DNA of 64,000 nucleotides from Vicugna vicugna (Eukaryota): positions 3,509,010 through 3,573,009 of the forward strand of contig MU058384.1 of assembly GCA_013265495.1 (NCBI GenBank). The letters run 5' to 3'. The translations under genes and the position numbers were made by a program. The first letter of the stretch is position 1. Every line of letters begins with the position of its first letter. Below the pieces are notes generated by a model. That model ran no database searches. It was not told the DNA's origin and worked only from the letters and a program-made list of their open reading frames with translations. Below, piece by piece: positions 1 through 13,130 of the stretch.

Positions 1-470
1 TTTTTTTAAAGTGATTCGGAGACTAGCAGACCACGTCATCACAAGGAATATTTTGTGTCCCGGGGAGTCTTAGAGATAGGCTGATACCATGATGTGATGC
101 CTTTTTTTTTCATGGTAGGTCTGCCCTGGGATAATACTTTGATTTATTGACAAGGGGATATCGTAGGCAATCAGAAAGATAATGTCAATCCAAATGAAGA
201 ATCTGCAAGACTAAAAGTCAGGATATTCTTTCCCCAGAAATAGTGTACAAAACAGCAACATCTATTTTAAGATGTGTTTCTATCAGTTGTTGAGTTTGCA
301 TTTATATGTGTGTGCACATGCTATATTTGTAATGACTCTTACTTTTAACCTTGATTATTTTCCCTAATTATCTCAGTTTTACTTTAGAGAGAAAAGTTAA
401 ATACTCAGAGAGAAGCCTTGTCAGCTGGTCACTGTGTGAGTAGGTGTGGGTTAAGAGTGGGAAGCTTCTC

Positions 471-668
471 AATAGATAAACAGGATTATGCTGTAGAGTA
501 CAGGGAAATATATACAAGATCTTCTGGTAGCTCACAGCAAAAAAAAATGTGACAATGAATATATATATATATGTTCATGTTCAACTGAAAAATTGTGCTC
601 TACAGTGGAATTTGACACAACATTATAAAATGATTATAAATCAATAAAAAATGTTGTTTAAAAAAAAA
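471..668 (+). mobile_element. 5'-truncated L1 3' end with poly(A), camelid-type
   Basis: aatagataaacaggattatgctgtagagtacagggaaatatatacaag...caataaaaaatgtt plus A tail; 18-bp TSD AAGAGTGGGAAGCTTCTC (453-470) / AAGAATGGAAAGCATCTC (669-686) at a TT|AAGA site. Confidence 0.85.
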
Positions 669-1724
669 AAGAATGGAAAGCATCTCAAAAGGACACAGCC
701 TGCCCAATGCCTGCCTGTGATTTCTATTCTTCTAACTCTTTGGAACCACTGCACATCAACTGGCATTGATTGGCTTTTTCTGGAGCTTATATACCATGAA
801 TAATTATTAATGATTTAATACTGTTCTGTTCTCTCACTAGGTTCCAACTTTTAATCATATTTTTAAGACGAAACAAAGAACTCGGGGAAGTAGCACCATG
901 TCATATTTCCTAGTCCTTCAAAAGTGGGGAACAATTTCAACATAAACAATTCCAGAGATCTTTCCAGATCTAAAATGCTGTGGTTCTACATTTTCAGTGC
1001 TTAGTATCTTGTAAGAACTAAAATTAGAATAGACAGTGAGTTATAATGGATCTAAAACATTACCAAAACATGGCTCCACAGAACTAACTGAGGAGGAGCT
1101 AAAATATTCTGATTTGTGGCACTTGAGCTCAGAGATGTTTTTTTTTTAAAACCCACTGGTTATTTTAGATATTATGATCCAGGCATATTTTCTCAATGTC
1201 CAGCTATACAAATCTTTATATTCCACAACATTGGTTCCTGTATGTCTTTTAATAGAAGTAAACAATTAACAGAGCTCTCAAAATGCCTGAAACATACCCA
1301 AAATTTTTTAAAGAAATAACATGAAATAAAATAAATAGATTGCCCACTTTAATTTAATTCAATTGGAGGAGCACTGTTATGAGGAAACAAAGCAATTTCA
1401 CTTTTCTGAAATATTTACTCTGGTATGTGCTGTCAATCATTAATGTTCATTGATTCAACAGAAATTTTGATGAATGTGATTTATCATGGTTTAAATGATC
1501 CCCTAGAAAGGCCACATCAATTGTTAAAGCAATTCTGAACTCTGGTAGTAATAGGTTAAATAAGAGGAATTAATAATGTGATAATAATACTAAAACATTA
1601 AGAAATTTTCTCATTATGCCATTCCGTTTTTTGAAAAGAAAATATATTTCATGAGAAATGTTGTGAAATGTGTATATACCGTCTCTGCAAGTTTACATTA
1701 TGGGTAAATCATATGTATGACCAC

Positions 1725-2295
1725 AATTTTGGTAGTCAGCCTCCAAGGTGCCCTTCAGCAGTCCCCTCCTTCTCACAGCCTGTATATTCCCCTCCCACAC
1801 TGGATCTGAGTTGCTCTGCGTGACCGAAAGAGTAAGATAGAAGTGATGGTACAGTTTTCCAAGGTTAGGTTATAAAAGATACGGTGGCTTCTGTCTTGCT
1901 TTCTCCCTCTTGGCTGGTTTCATTCAGAGTCTCTCATGCAACTTCAGTGTGTGGCAAATGGGGCTGGAACGGTCACAGTGGCTTCATTCTGGCCCTTTGG
2001 TTGGAAGGCTGGGCTCAGCTGGGACATGGGGAAGACTGACCCTCTCCTTCTTCACATGGCCTCTCAGCATGGTCTCTCTTGCAGAGTAGCCCGACTTTCT
2101 ACATGGCCACTCAGGGCTTTCCAAAGGGCAAACGTGGAAGCTCCCAGGCCTTCTTAAGGCTCAGTCCCAGAGGCACTTCTGCGGGTTAAAGAGAGTCATG
2201 AGGTCAGCTCATGCTCCATTTGGAAGGAACACAAGAAGCATGAGCCCTGGAAGGCAGGGCTCACGGTGGCCACACCTGCAGACCAGCCGCCACAG
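1725..2295. mobile_element. Degenerate MaLR (MLT1-like) LTR fragments just upstream of exon 2
   Basis: ggtagtcagcctccaagg...ttaggttataaaaga...ggcttctgtcttgct and ctcttcacatggcctctc...gagtagcc-type MLT1 motifs; boundaries approximate. Confidence 0.5.
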
Positions 2296-2350
2296 GCTAC
2301 ATTTTCCTTTTTCTCCACTAACACCTCAACTCCTTTCTAATCCTTTCCAG

Positions 2351-2486
2351 TTCCCTGTGTCTCTGGTGGCCTGCCTAAACCTACAAATATCACCTTCTTA
2401 TCCATAAACATGAAGAATACCCTACAGTGGAATCCACCAGAAGGCCTACAAGGAGTGGCAGTTACTTATACTGTGCAGTATTTCAT
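2351..2486 (+). CDS. IL20RA: IL20RA coding exon 2 (start of fibronectin type III domain 1)
   Basis: Acceptor tttccag|; translates (V)PCVSGGLPKPTNITFLSINMKNTLQWNPPEGLQGVAVTYTVQYF(I), matching IL20RA as recalled; donor |gtaagt; 136 bp. Confidence 0.96.
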
Positions 2487-2859
2487 GTAAGTTGGTGCGT
2501 TTCCTTTTGGCTAATTTATAAACACAAGACTCAGACCCCTATTAATTGTGCCAAGATAAACCATCAATTGTATTAAATGAGTGCCTGAAGAAAAAGAAAG
2601 GTTTCAGATATTTCATGTTAGATTATCTTGTGATGTTTTGTTTGGTTAAATTAGACAACAGTTTCTTGGTGGAGGCAGAGCATTGAGTGCTCAGGCAAGA
2701 GGAAATTATTTGCATGGGGAAAAGAAGTTGGTCAAAAGGTTATTCTTTTTAGCTGAGCAAACAAGAAAATCCATCACCACTGAAACACTTAAACTTGTTG
2801 GAACTCTAGGATGTTTTTAAGTGAGATTGAGGCTGGAATTCTGTGCACTCGCTGTTCTT

Positions 2860-4350
2860 ATTAAAGATAGTAGTGATTGGACATGTTCACTTTCCACCTC
2901 TCCCTCAAAACTCATCGTTGCAAGCAAGAAAGAACGCCAAACAGATAAACAATGTCTATCCTCCAAGAAACAAAGGAAATGACCACAATTCCAAGGAATA
3001 AACTATGACGCATACAAGCCAAATACTGCAGGATCTTAAGGAAAGCAAGCAACGAAACTTAAAGTCAATCTATACCTTCTCAAACTCCAACAGTAGAACA
3101 TAATTTTACAAGAATAAATGTCAGTGTACTAGGCTTACCTAACACTCCAAGGAAATGACATCTAAGGACTGCTGCCCTCAGAAATTGAGGAAATGTCCCC
3201 ATGGAGCTTTAGTTTGGTGCCACAGGACATCAAAGAGGAGGAGCTGAAAGAGAAATGTCACAGCCCAGGGAGAGGCCCAGAGGGAGACGGGCGACAACGG
3301 CTGGGGGGCAGCCCAGGAAGGCTATGGCCCTACAGACATGTCGTGAGCCACATCAGCCATCGGTAGTCCAGCACCTGAGGTTGGGCAAGCTCCTTGGCAA
3401 TGGAATAATATGGTTTGGTGAGGAGGTGTCTGACAGATCCTCAGTCCTCTACCCATTCGCCTAATATTCAATAAAGAACTAGCTCCATTCAAAGAGCAAT
3501 TGCCCCAAAGATTCCAGCACGCCTATCCATAACTACTGAAAGGGAGAAAGACAAGCAAACAAACAAAAAGAAGAAAAACCACAATTTGAAAGTTCCTGAG
3601 ACCTTTCTTATGGAAATAGAAGGAAAAATTCAGACAAGTAATTGTCCATGGTCCCTAATGGTAAAGTTCAAAGAAGACATAACAGTCAAAGAAGAGACTC
3701 AAAGACAAGAGGAAGAATTTTTTTTTTTAAAGAAGCGATTTGGCAGAACTCAGGAAGACAGAAAATAAAAATGTTATATAGAGATGGAAAACCTATTATA
3801 GCTAACTGATAATAATAATTGAAAAGGTAATAATGACTATCTGGAATTGCATAGCATAAATGCATGCTCCGTCTAGGAAATTTTAATAGAAATAATATGA
3901 AGATGTATCCTGGTGAAGTTACTGAACTTCACAAAGATGAAATGACTTATGACTATCATAGGAAAAGCAGTGATATCTGTCTGGCAACAGGTGACAGTGA
4001 TACATTTGAGGGAAGAATAAGTGTGCCCTAAGACTCTTATCAGTTCACCAGACGTACTTGAAAGCAGGTGGACCTTGGGATATCACTCCCTTGAGCCTTT
4101 CTTGGGTGGGGAGGAACACTAACTAAAGATGGCATCCAGCGGAGAAATAAAAATGAACTTAAACTCAGTAATGACAAGATTATGGCAAAACGGCGGGTAG
4201 CATGCCCTAGTTGAAACCGTCTCAGAGTAGAAAAGACTAAATAGTGATAGGAAATGTGGTTACGGAACTTTCTTGTAAATGTTTGAACTTGTTTTAAACA
4301 ATGAATATAACAAACCAGAAGGTGGGGGAAAACTGACTTTCACGGCACGA
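2860..4350 (+). mobile_element. Ancient L1/HAL1 ORF1-like remnant in intron 2
   Basis: A-rich decayed coding-like sequence with atcctggtgaagttactgaacttc, reminiscent of L1/HAL1 ORF1; no intact ORF. Confidence 0.35.
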
Positions 4351-5404
4351 AGCCATTATATGTGATCCAAAATGAAAATATTTCATCATTTTAATAACTA
4401 AACTCTCAACAGCTTTTAGAAACCGTTTTCTTAGTTTAAAAGGTCTTTTAGGAACTAATCTTTCTTGTGGTGGTGAAACATTTGAGCAACAGCAAGTCCT
4501 TTCATTTCAGTTCAACTTCTTTTTTCCATTCAAGTTCAAATCAAGTTAAATTGACTACTTTTATTAAAATCATAAGTATGGTATAATCTAGTTTTTGTCT
4601 CTGGATTCAGCTATCAAATCATTCTTCTGGGTATATATAAGCACCATGAGATGTACAGAATTATGTGTACCAAATACTTCAGGATAGGGGCTTCAGGGAA
4701 TTTATTTCTCTCTGTGTTACACGTTTCTGATTGCTGGAGTTTAAAAAAAAAAACAACACCATATTTACAAAAATAGAATAAAGTCATTTTATGTTTGAAA
4801 AAAAAAAGTCCTAAGTGCTAAAGGCACTGAAAGACTGACTGCAATTCACAATAACCTCACTGACCTCGAACTTCCTTCTCACCCCAAGGAGTTTCTCAGG
4901 AGCCGGTATTTTAGGGAAGAGACATCACTCTGCTGAAATAGCTCATAAATGTGCCCCTGCCTCCTCTTCCATTAGGTGGAGCAAGGAGCTTGCTCTGTCC
5001 TTTATGTGTCTATGTGATTCAGAAAAGGATTTTAAAAAGAAAAAAAGTCATAACTACTCTGTGAGAGCAGATAATTTAGACTGTACAACTTTTTTAAAAG
5101 AATATTTAAAAAGGAACTTGCCACATTGGAGTTCTTACACTCCTGTGCATGTGGACAGTGGACAGGAACCCAGGGCAGCGTGTGTTCCTGGCAGAGTGCT
5201 CCCCCTTCAGCTCCAAGTCAAACAGCCCTGGGGTCATGGCCAGTCTGTGAACCTAGCCAGGTAAACTTGGGCAGGTTACATACTGCATTTTTAAACTTTT
5301 GAATGAAGTTTGTTTCCAAGTAAAAGATGAAATTTTAACAAAAGTTTAAATTATAAAGAGTTAAATTAAACTCTTTTGCCAGAAAAGTTTAACACAGCAA
5401 ATAT

Positions 5405-5660
5405 AGTGTAGCACTAAAAGCGCATGCTTTGGCATCAGGAAAAAGTGGTTCAAATCCCAGATATGCCTGTTACTAGCCAGATGAACTTGAGCAACTCCCT
5501 GAATCTCGCTGAGCTTCAGTTTCCTCATCTGTAAAATGGGATGAAAATAATGGCCCCATACTTACTACAGTTGTTATGATAACTAAACAAGATGAAGTGT
5601 GCAAATCCTAAGCACGAGTCCCAGCACATAGTAGACACTTGATAAATGTTTCCTGCCATT
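5405..5660 (+). mobile_element. MIR SINE
   Basis: ggttcaaatcccag...ctcgctgagcttcagtttcctcatctgtaaaatggg...cacatagtagacacttgataaatgtt (MIR core). Confidence 0.85.
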
Positions 5661-6169
5661 ATCAGAAAACAAGCAGAGACCACGTGACTCTTTGACATGC
5701 ATGTACATCATTGCTGAAATATTTATTGAATGACTCATATCTATCTGCTTGTCAGACTTACAAAGCGTTTTGCTCAGAATTCAGTAAAGAGCATTTCTCT
5801 TTCATCACATGTGTCATGGGAAGCTGCCCTGCCCTTGGCAAAGTAAGGAAGTTTGAGGAGAAAAGGTCAAAAACGCGATGACCATATTTTTCAAACCACA
5901 AGACAAGACCTGTTGGTAAGCCATGAAGTCAATTTTGAGGGACATAACTAGCAGTATTCTAAATGGAAAAGACTGGAATGATGTGGAGTGGACTGAAATG
6001 GAAACCGAGTGCCTGGCATGTAGTAAAATTTAGGTATTATCTTAGAAAATCTTTGTTTTATTATGTTTGCTATATGGATGTTTTGTGAGTTGTGTCGCAG
6101 TGTGAAATGTTTTTCTTTCTGTGGCTCACAGTCAAAAAATGTTTGAAAGCCCCTAGGCACTGGTGGCCA

Positions 6170-7040
6170 CTTGGATGGAGAAGTTGGCCAACAAGATCTA
6201 ACTATGTTTCTAATGTCTCCTGGTAGCCAAGGTACTTCTGAAACAGGAGACATCTACTTTCAGGAATCTGTTGCCATATTCTGAGAAGGGAAGATATCCT
6301 TGAGCTTTGACAACACTTGATAAAGTTGACGTTTCCTCCTTCTCGACAAGAGGTCTTCCCTTGACTTTTGTGATGTTTGTTTTTCCTTCTCACTCTTTAG
6401 CTGCTATTTCTAGATGTACTTTGTATCCTCCTTTTAAATCTTATGCTCCTGAAGTTTTACCCTAAGTTTTGCTTTGTCTCCATGGACAATTTCGTTCACA
6501 CCTGTGCCTTCAATGAGCAGCTTTATGCCACTGATTTCAAAATCACTTCCTCCCACTCACGCCTTTCTCCTGAGCACCAGCGCTTACTGGGCATCAGAAT
6601 TCAGATATCTTTTACATACCCTAAGCTCAACATGTCAAAAACCAAACTCATTATCTTTCCTTCCTCCCACCTTCCACTCCCCATTTCCTAAGTGCATGCT
6701 TCTCCTGCATTCCTTATCTTGGTATTGTTACCACAATTCCATCCATCTGTCCATCGGAACGAGACATTGTGCTTAACCTCTCCATTTTCCTCATCTTTTA
6801 CATGCACTCATTCACAAAGTCCTGTCTCCTAATATTTCTTCCTCTTGTTCTATCATTCATTCCACTGCCACCATCCTTGTCCAAGCTACCTACATCTTCA
6901 GCCTGGACCACTGCAGTGTCTTCTCAACTGCTCTCCAGTCTGCCACTTCTGACCCATTATGTTCTCCACACTACCTCCAGAGTTAGCTTTCTAAAACCCC
7001 AACACACCTGCTTTAATCCTTTCAGTAGCCTCTCCTGCAC
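6170..7040. mobile_element. L2 remnant
   Basis: ctcaacatgtcaaaaaccaaactcattatctttcc and gcctggaccactgcagtgtcttctcaactgctctcc (L2 ORF2 3' motifs). Confidence 0.6.
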
Positions 7041-7814
7041 CCTTGCCCCTTTCTTTTTCCCCCAGTGACCTAAACAACATTAATTTCTTGCTCAGGTTAC
7101 AGGTCCATTGTAGATAGCCAAGAGCTCTTTCATTTGACTCCTCCCATGTCACTTAAACTCTCAATATCTCAGTCCCCCCACCTGAAAAGTACTAAAAATA
7201 TTCCCCCCTCCTTATTTGCTATGGCTGTTGTATTTTTAATACAGGAGAGTAAAAATCTTTATGAACAACCTAGTTAATATCATCATCATTCTCATTACTG
7301 AAAATGCATATTTTGGTATATACTCTAACCTAGTGAATTTTCCCCAGAACCCTTGAGGACAAGTCGATTTTTAATTTTTATAAGAATGTCAAGGTAATTT
7401 TTCTTCCAAGAAAAAAAAATGACTAATTTTTCTTAAAATGACCCATCAAACTGACCTTGATGTGCACGGTGCACTAAAAACTTACACAGCAGAATTGACT
7501 ACACAATATGTAAAAGATTTACTGTAGCCCACGAATAATAATAAATTACATACTTTCAAAATGTGCTATCCACCTTACAATTCACAGAAAAGAAAGGTGA
7601 TTACAGGAAGTCTGACTCATGTCCCTGACAGCTAATGAAAAAAAAATTGCCAGCAGCAAAAGTAGATTCTTTTTTATCTCAATGACAGGCACTTTTGTTG
7701 TTCTGAAGAGCAGGTCTTACGTTCCATTCAGTTTTAAATAAAGACTGGTTTTTTTTTTCCCTATTGTAAAGCAGAGAACACCTCATTATTAATTCACAGT
7801 TTCCTTCTCAGCAG

Positions 7815-7993
7815 ATATGGGCAAAAGAAATGGCTGAATAAATCTGAATGCAGAAACATCAATAGGACCTACTGCGATCTCTCTGCTGAAACTTCTGACT
7901 ATGAGCATCAATATTATGCCAAAGTTAAGGCCACTTGGGGAATGAATTGCTCCAAATGGACAGAAACTAGACGGTTCTATCCTTTCTTAGAAA
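7815..7993 (+). CDS. IL20RA: IL20RA coding exon 3
   Basis: Acceptor ctcagcag|; YGQKKWLNKSECRNINRTYCDLSAETSDYEHQYYAKVKATWGMNCSKWTETRRFYPFLE; donor |gtaagt; 179 bp; phase fits exons 2 and 4. Confidence 0.96.
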
Positions 7994-8608
7994 GTAAGTA
8001 ACACAGTTGTCAAACACAGGTTAGTATCAAGTTCATCGGACCTCCTAATGTAAGTCTCCTCCTCATAGACAGCCGTCCCGAAAGGCCAGTGCTCTATTTG
8101 GCTCTGTTCTGCACTCTGTCTATCAAGAGGAGTGACTGGCCCAAGGTGCTTCACCTCGTGGGATCTCAGAACCTCGTCTTTAGAGGAAACGTTTGGCCAA
8201 GTGTCTCTAAGATCTCTCCCAGATCCAAACTTGACGCTAAATGCCAAATGCCAATGTATCAAGTTTTGATTTTGTTTGTTTAGTTGACTATGTAATTGGA
8301 GGAACAGCTGACAGATTTATTTTAACGTTGTGGGTTTATAAACCATTGACATAAGTACGCAGGTTGATTAAAGATTGTTCTGATCACCAAACTAAATCTC
8401 TTCTTGTGATAAACTTGGTAGGGTGATGACATCATGTCTAGATGTAACTCAGAATTAAGGCAACATCTTCCTGGTATTTGCTTTTTAAAAATGTCCTCCC
8501 CCTGATCTGTGACTGATTCAGCCATAGAGGACCCACTCAGAGCTGCCAGGATGAACTTTACAAGCACGTCCTAAATTCTGGAGTTGGAGCCTTTCCCCTG
8601 ATCAGAAG

Positions 8609-8784
8609 ACAGCAAACTGCCCTCAGACCAAATGCAGCACCCAGCATTTCTGTTTTTCTATAGGACAAGAGCCAAGAATGATTTTTACATTTATATAAAT
8701 AAAAGTTGGAACAGAAATCACAGGGCTTGCAAAGCCTAGAATATTTACTGTCTGTGCCTTTATGGTAAAAGTTTGCTAACCTAT
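8609..8784. mobile_element. MER58-like hAT-Charlie MITE
   Basis: cagcaaactg...ataaaagttggaacag...aaagcctagaatatttactgtctg...aaaagtttgctaacc. Confidence 0.65.
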
Positions 8785-9216
8785 GTTCTGGATCATTCTC
8801 CAAAGGTAACATCTCCAGAGGTCTTTAGCAGTGCTTCATTTCTCCATTTCTGACTTTTACAAACACAGCAAATCCTATTCCTGTTATTTATCACCAACAG
8901 TTCAAGTCACAGGAGTGTTGCAAACACTTTTAATTGTATTTACCATCATCAGGTACTGTTTATTCTTATGACTAGGAAATAGATGTGACTAAGAAAATAT
9001 TACCCTTGAATTTGCTGTTTTAACATTGTGTTGGGGTGAAATGATTGTTTCAAGATTTGGCTTAACTTGGGCCCAAAGCATTCTTCGAGCATTCTGAGAC
9101 AACTCAAATAAGAGGGTGGGCTTTAGAGCTTTGACCCCAGTGGGATTATACTGCAGTTTTATCCAAGATGACTTCTACGCCTGAACATGATCTTTCCCTG
9201 TCCTCTCCCCTTTTAG

Positions 9217-9392
9217 CACAAATTGGCCCACCAGAGGTTGCTTTGACTACTGATGAGAAATCCATTTCTATTGTTCTGACGGCTCCAGAGAAGTGGAAGA
9301 AAAATCCAGAAGACAGTTCTGTTTCCATGCAACAAATATACTCTAATCTGAAGTATAATGTGTCCATATATAACACTAAATCAAATAGAACG
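9217..9392 (+). CDS. IL20RA: IL20RA coding exon 4 (FNIII domain 2)
   Basis: Acceptor ccttttag|; (T)QIGPPEVALTTDEKSISIVLTAPEKWKKNPEDSSVSMQQIYSNLKYNVSIYNTKSNRT inside ORF 9168..9488; donor |gtaagc; 176 bp. Confidence 0.97.
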
Positions 9393-9976
9393 GTAAGCCT
9401 GAAATGGTATGGGGGCAGAGGACCTGTGTCACTGTTTGCAGCTAAAACTGGAACAGGCAACCCTGATGCTTTAATTCTCTGCATGTGAATCTCGGAAGGT
9501 GTGATATTCAAAAGAGATGCCATGCGAGGTCCGACTGAAGCTGATGTGTTGAAATGTAAAGAACTTCCTTCAGATTTCCTTTACAGAAGGTCTCTGTTAA
9601 TGTTGCAGTTGGAGTGTAGACAAACTGTTCATCTCACTTTGATGGAGAGTTTTTACTTGCTTAACATCTGTCAGTCACTATCCAAGAAGGAAAAAAAAAA
9701 AAGAATGTTAGCAAGAACACAGGACAAAGCTGAATTAAAAAAATCCATCCTTATGTTATTATTTAGACTTGTTCCCAGAATTTGTCCAGTTCCTGACCAC
9801 GCCGTGAGGAGCTGAAGGAAAAGGGTATTTTACAGCTGTTGCTAATATAAGAAAGATCATAGTGATAGTGAAGGACTTCACGGTGCCCTGGTCTTTTATT
9901 TCCTTCTAGAGTTATTTGTCTGGGGTGGTGCTGGAAATCTTCGGCTCTAACTGCTGTTTGCGATTCCCTATCCCAG

Positions 9977-10121
9977 TGGTCCCAGTGTGTGGCCAATCAC
10001 ACGCTGGTGCTCAGCTGGCTGGAGCCGGACACCCTGTACTGTGTCGTCGTGGAATCCATCGTCCCAGGGCCTCCCCGCCTTGCTCAGCCTTCTGAGAAGC
10101 AGTGTGTCCGTACTTTGAAAG
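9977..10121 (+). CDS. IL20RA: IL20RA coding exon 5
   Basis: Acceptor tatcccag|; WSQCVANHTLVLSWLEPDTLYCVVVESIVPGPPRLAQPSEKQCVRTLK; donor |gtaagc; 145 bp. Confidence 0.96.
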
Positions 10122-12648
10122 GTAAGCTTCAAAATTCTCAGCTGGTTGGAGGGAGCAAATCTGCTAAAAACTAGAAGGAAGTATGGTGCTGTAGACGAGG
10201 TTTTGGCAAATCCACGTCTACCAGAAACAGGCTGAAGCAAAGGCAGAAAGAACCATCACCAGAAATGCACTGAGCAGCCTGGGACTCTGCCACCGAACCT
10301 GGCTCACAGTAGGGAGTGTTTCCACCACCTGAGGAAGTCTGATCACCGGGGCTGGAGTCCACTGCCAACAAAACTCTGCCTTGGGGAATAAGAATTACAG
10401 GAATTTTTGCACACGTGGTTTTTCTTCTTTGAAACTATAATCACTCTGAGCAGTAGAAGCTCTGTAGTCTTCAAAAACATCAGACAATTTTATTGCTGGA
10501 AACGAAGCAGTATCGTAAAAACACTTTAAGATGGTCTTTTGTTTCCCCTCCCAGGGATACAGATTACAGGCGTGCAGTTTGTGTTCAGATATCACTCACT
10601 GTGCGAAGGTCTGGGGTCAGCAAATCCAAAATTACTCCAATAGCTGTTTCTTTTTCTTTCCTTTTATTTTCCTCCTTCTGAACTTAGCTGCCAAGAAGGA
10701 TGGTTAAAGGTTGTTTTTCCTATTAGGAGACTAGAGTTAGGAGCTTGGCATTGGTTTAATTGTTTTTCCCTCAGGGTGGGAAGACCTGGAACTCAAAACC
10801 TGAAAATTGAAGCTAAATCCTCAAGTTTATCTTCACTGAACAGCTCGTCATCCATTCTTCTTCTGTTTCTCTCTTCTAAACATGCTGGCCTAGGACAAAT
10901 ACCACACTGCTTTTGCAACTTTTCTGTACATTTGAGATTATATAGAAATTTTTAAGTTATATAAATTGCATTAACAACAAAAAAAGGGACTTTTTCCCGA
11001 AGTCTTTGTTCCGTCACCAGCTACGGGACAGGAGCGGTGACAGACCTCTTGTTTTCTTTTCCCCTCGGACCTCCCACATTTCATGCAACAGTCCCAAGGA
11101 GTAAAAAGGGAATTTTGTGAGTACGTATCAAAAATGAAGAGCTTTAATTTTGAATCTCCATCCTTATCATACCTTTCCCTTTAAAACAAAGGGTTCTCTA
11201 CCATATGTCGAATAAACCTAAAATGCAAAGCAAGCAAAAGGTAAAACAAGCTGACTGAAAAAAAATCACTTTTGTATTTAGAAAAAGTACTCTGTTTACT
11301 AATGGCTTGATCAGTGGCCAAATAGTAGGAATGAATTTCCATGGAAATCATTTAAGTCACTGGCAGAGCTAACGCAACCAAAGTTCAGATTAAATTACAT
11401 ACTTCCCGGTTAAGAAGGTGGAGTCAACTCGTTCACCAGTCCTGGAAAGGTAACAAAATAACAGGGTACCACCTCAGGTTCCGACCTTTTCCAGATATCC
11501 CAGCCTTTAGGTCCCCCTAGATACCTTTTCAAGAGCCTATGAGGGCTTACTTTTTCAAAAAATCACTATTAAATTACCTCTTTGGGGACCATTCTTTGAG
11601 AAATATTTCTGCTCTCCACAGCCCCCCAATCCCTAAAATACAGGTGCAGTTTATTGGTTGATTGTTGCAAACACATGCTGGTGTACACAAAGTGTCATTG
11701 GTCATCACTGTCACAGCTCTTTTTAACCAGGCGAGTTCAGTCCAGAAACCAGGGATTTTATTAAGAAGGTTGGGCTGAGTTGTAGCCTGAAGTAGGGACA
11801 GACGCTGCTCAGCCACCGGCAACATCTGCATTTTGGCCTTGGTACCTTTCTATGTGGAACCTGTTGACAGACGTTAACCATCACAACTTCAGATATCCCA
11901 CAGTAGCTTAACAAATACAGTATGTCAGTCACAGTGAGCCCTATCCATCAACCATACAGTCTGATCAGTGGTGAACCAGGACTGCTTTTCTTAAAACTAT
12001 TCACCAGATCTTTTCATTCCTCTGTGGACTTTGAAACTCATCATGAACCTACAGCACAGCAGGACCTGGAAGGAAGTTACAGCTATTCTCAGCACCTACC
12101 AGCTCATCCACCTCCCTACACACATCTCCAAGCTCTGGACCTACCCAGAAGGTCTGGCCAACTGTGTGAGGATGGTTCTGTTTGTCACACAGAAGGTGAC
12201 CCCATACATTCTTGTCCTCTAGTGAATATATGGAAAAGACTGAGTCAAACGAGTGGCATGGAAATGTGGGGCATCTTAACGGGCAAGAAGGTTTTGTTGT
12301 TTGGTTTGAAGTGCTGTGAGTTGGCTGAATATCAGACACACGTTCAAATACAAGAACCAGCATGAATCTCATAGCCAGACATAAAATGTTGGAATATCTA
12401 CTGACTCGGGTTGTTAATGTATCCTGGCCATACAAGTTTGAGTCAAGTCCAGATGATTCCTTAAGACCATCTATTATCAGAGCGAGTAAGAATTCTGAGA
12501 CCCAACATTTAGCTCCAGCTTCTCAATTCATAAATGAGAAAACTGAATTTCTAAACGTAACTGATCCACCCAAAGCCTCTTGACATTGATAATGTTTTCC
12601 CGTCATACCAAATCACAACTATCTACCCCACTTTTTTTTTTTTAACAG

Positions 12649-12788
12649 ATCAAACATCAGCGTTGAAGGTTAAAATCATCTTCTGGTATGTCTTGCCCAT
12701 ATCTGTTACCGTGTTTATTTTTTCTGTGATGGGCTACTCCATGTACAGATATACCCATGTTGGCAAAAAGAAACACCCAGCAAATTTG
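12649..12788 (+). CDS. IL20RA: IL20RA coding exon 6 (transmembrane helix and juxtamembrane segment)
   Basis: Poly-T tract then aacag|; (D)QTSALKVKIIFWYVLPISVTVFIFSVMGYSMYRYTHVGKKKHPANL; donor |gtgagt; 140 bp. Confidence 0.96.
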
Positions 12789-12995
12789 GTGAGTGCTTAG
12801 CATGGTAGGAATCATTATAACTCACCTCCAGGGCAATAGAAAAGGGGGGTTTTAGAACAGATACCATTTCTTTTTTGGGCAGAGTGAGTTTAAAGTTAAA
12901 GAGTTTATTAATTAAAAATAGCTTTTGTACTAGATTAACTCACTAGCATAACCAAAGAGAAAGATTCCTTAACTTTGACAAATATTTTATATTTA

Positions 12996-13130
12996 TTTAT
13001 TCTTTTTTATTTTGTGGGGGGGTGGTAATTAGGTTTTTATTAATTTATTTTAATGGAGGTACTGGGGATTGAACCCAGGACCTCATGCATGCTAAACACG
13101 CACTCTGCCCCTGAGCTATACCCTCCCCCC
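12996..13130 (-). mobile_element. tRNA-Ala-derived SINE (camelid Vic-1-like) in intron 6
   Basis: Reverse strand reads ggggggagggtatagctcag...tgcatgaggtcctgggttcaatccccagtacctcc followed by aaacctaattacc; flanks share tttatattta. Confidence 0.85.

Noticed and set aside
9146..9523. 125-aa minus-strand ORF over exon 4
   Set aside because: Antisense shadow with no recognisable protein.
9971..9985. Second tcccag acceptor 9 nt into exon 5
   Set aside because: It is just the W-S-Q codons; the downstream AG has a weaker polypyrimidine context and nothing shows it is used.
11922..12583. Overlapping 147-aa and 128-aa ORFs in intron 5
   Set aside because: No recognisable domain; consistent with chance ORFs in an intron.
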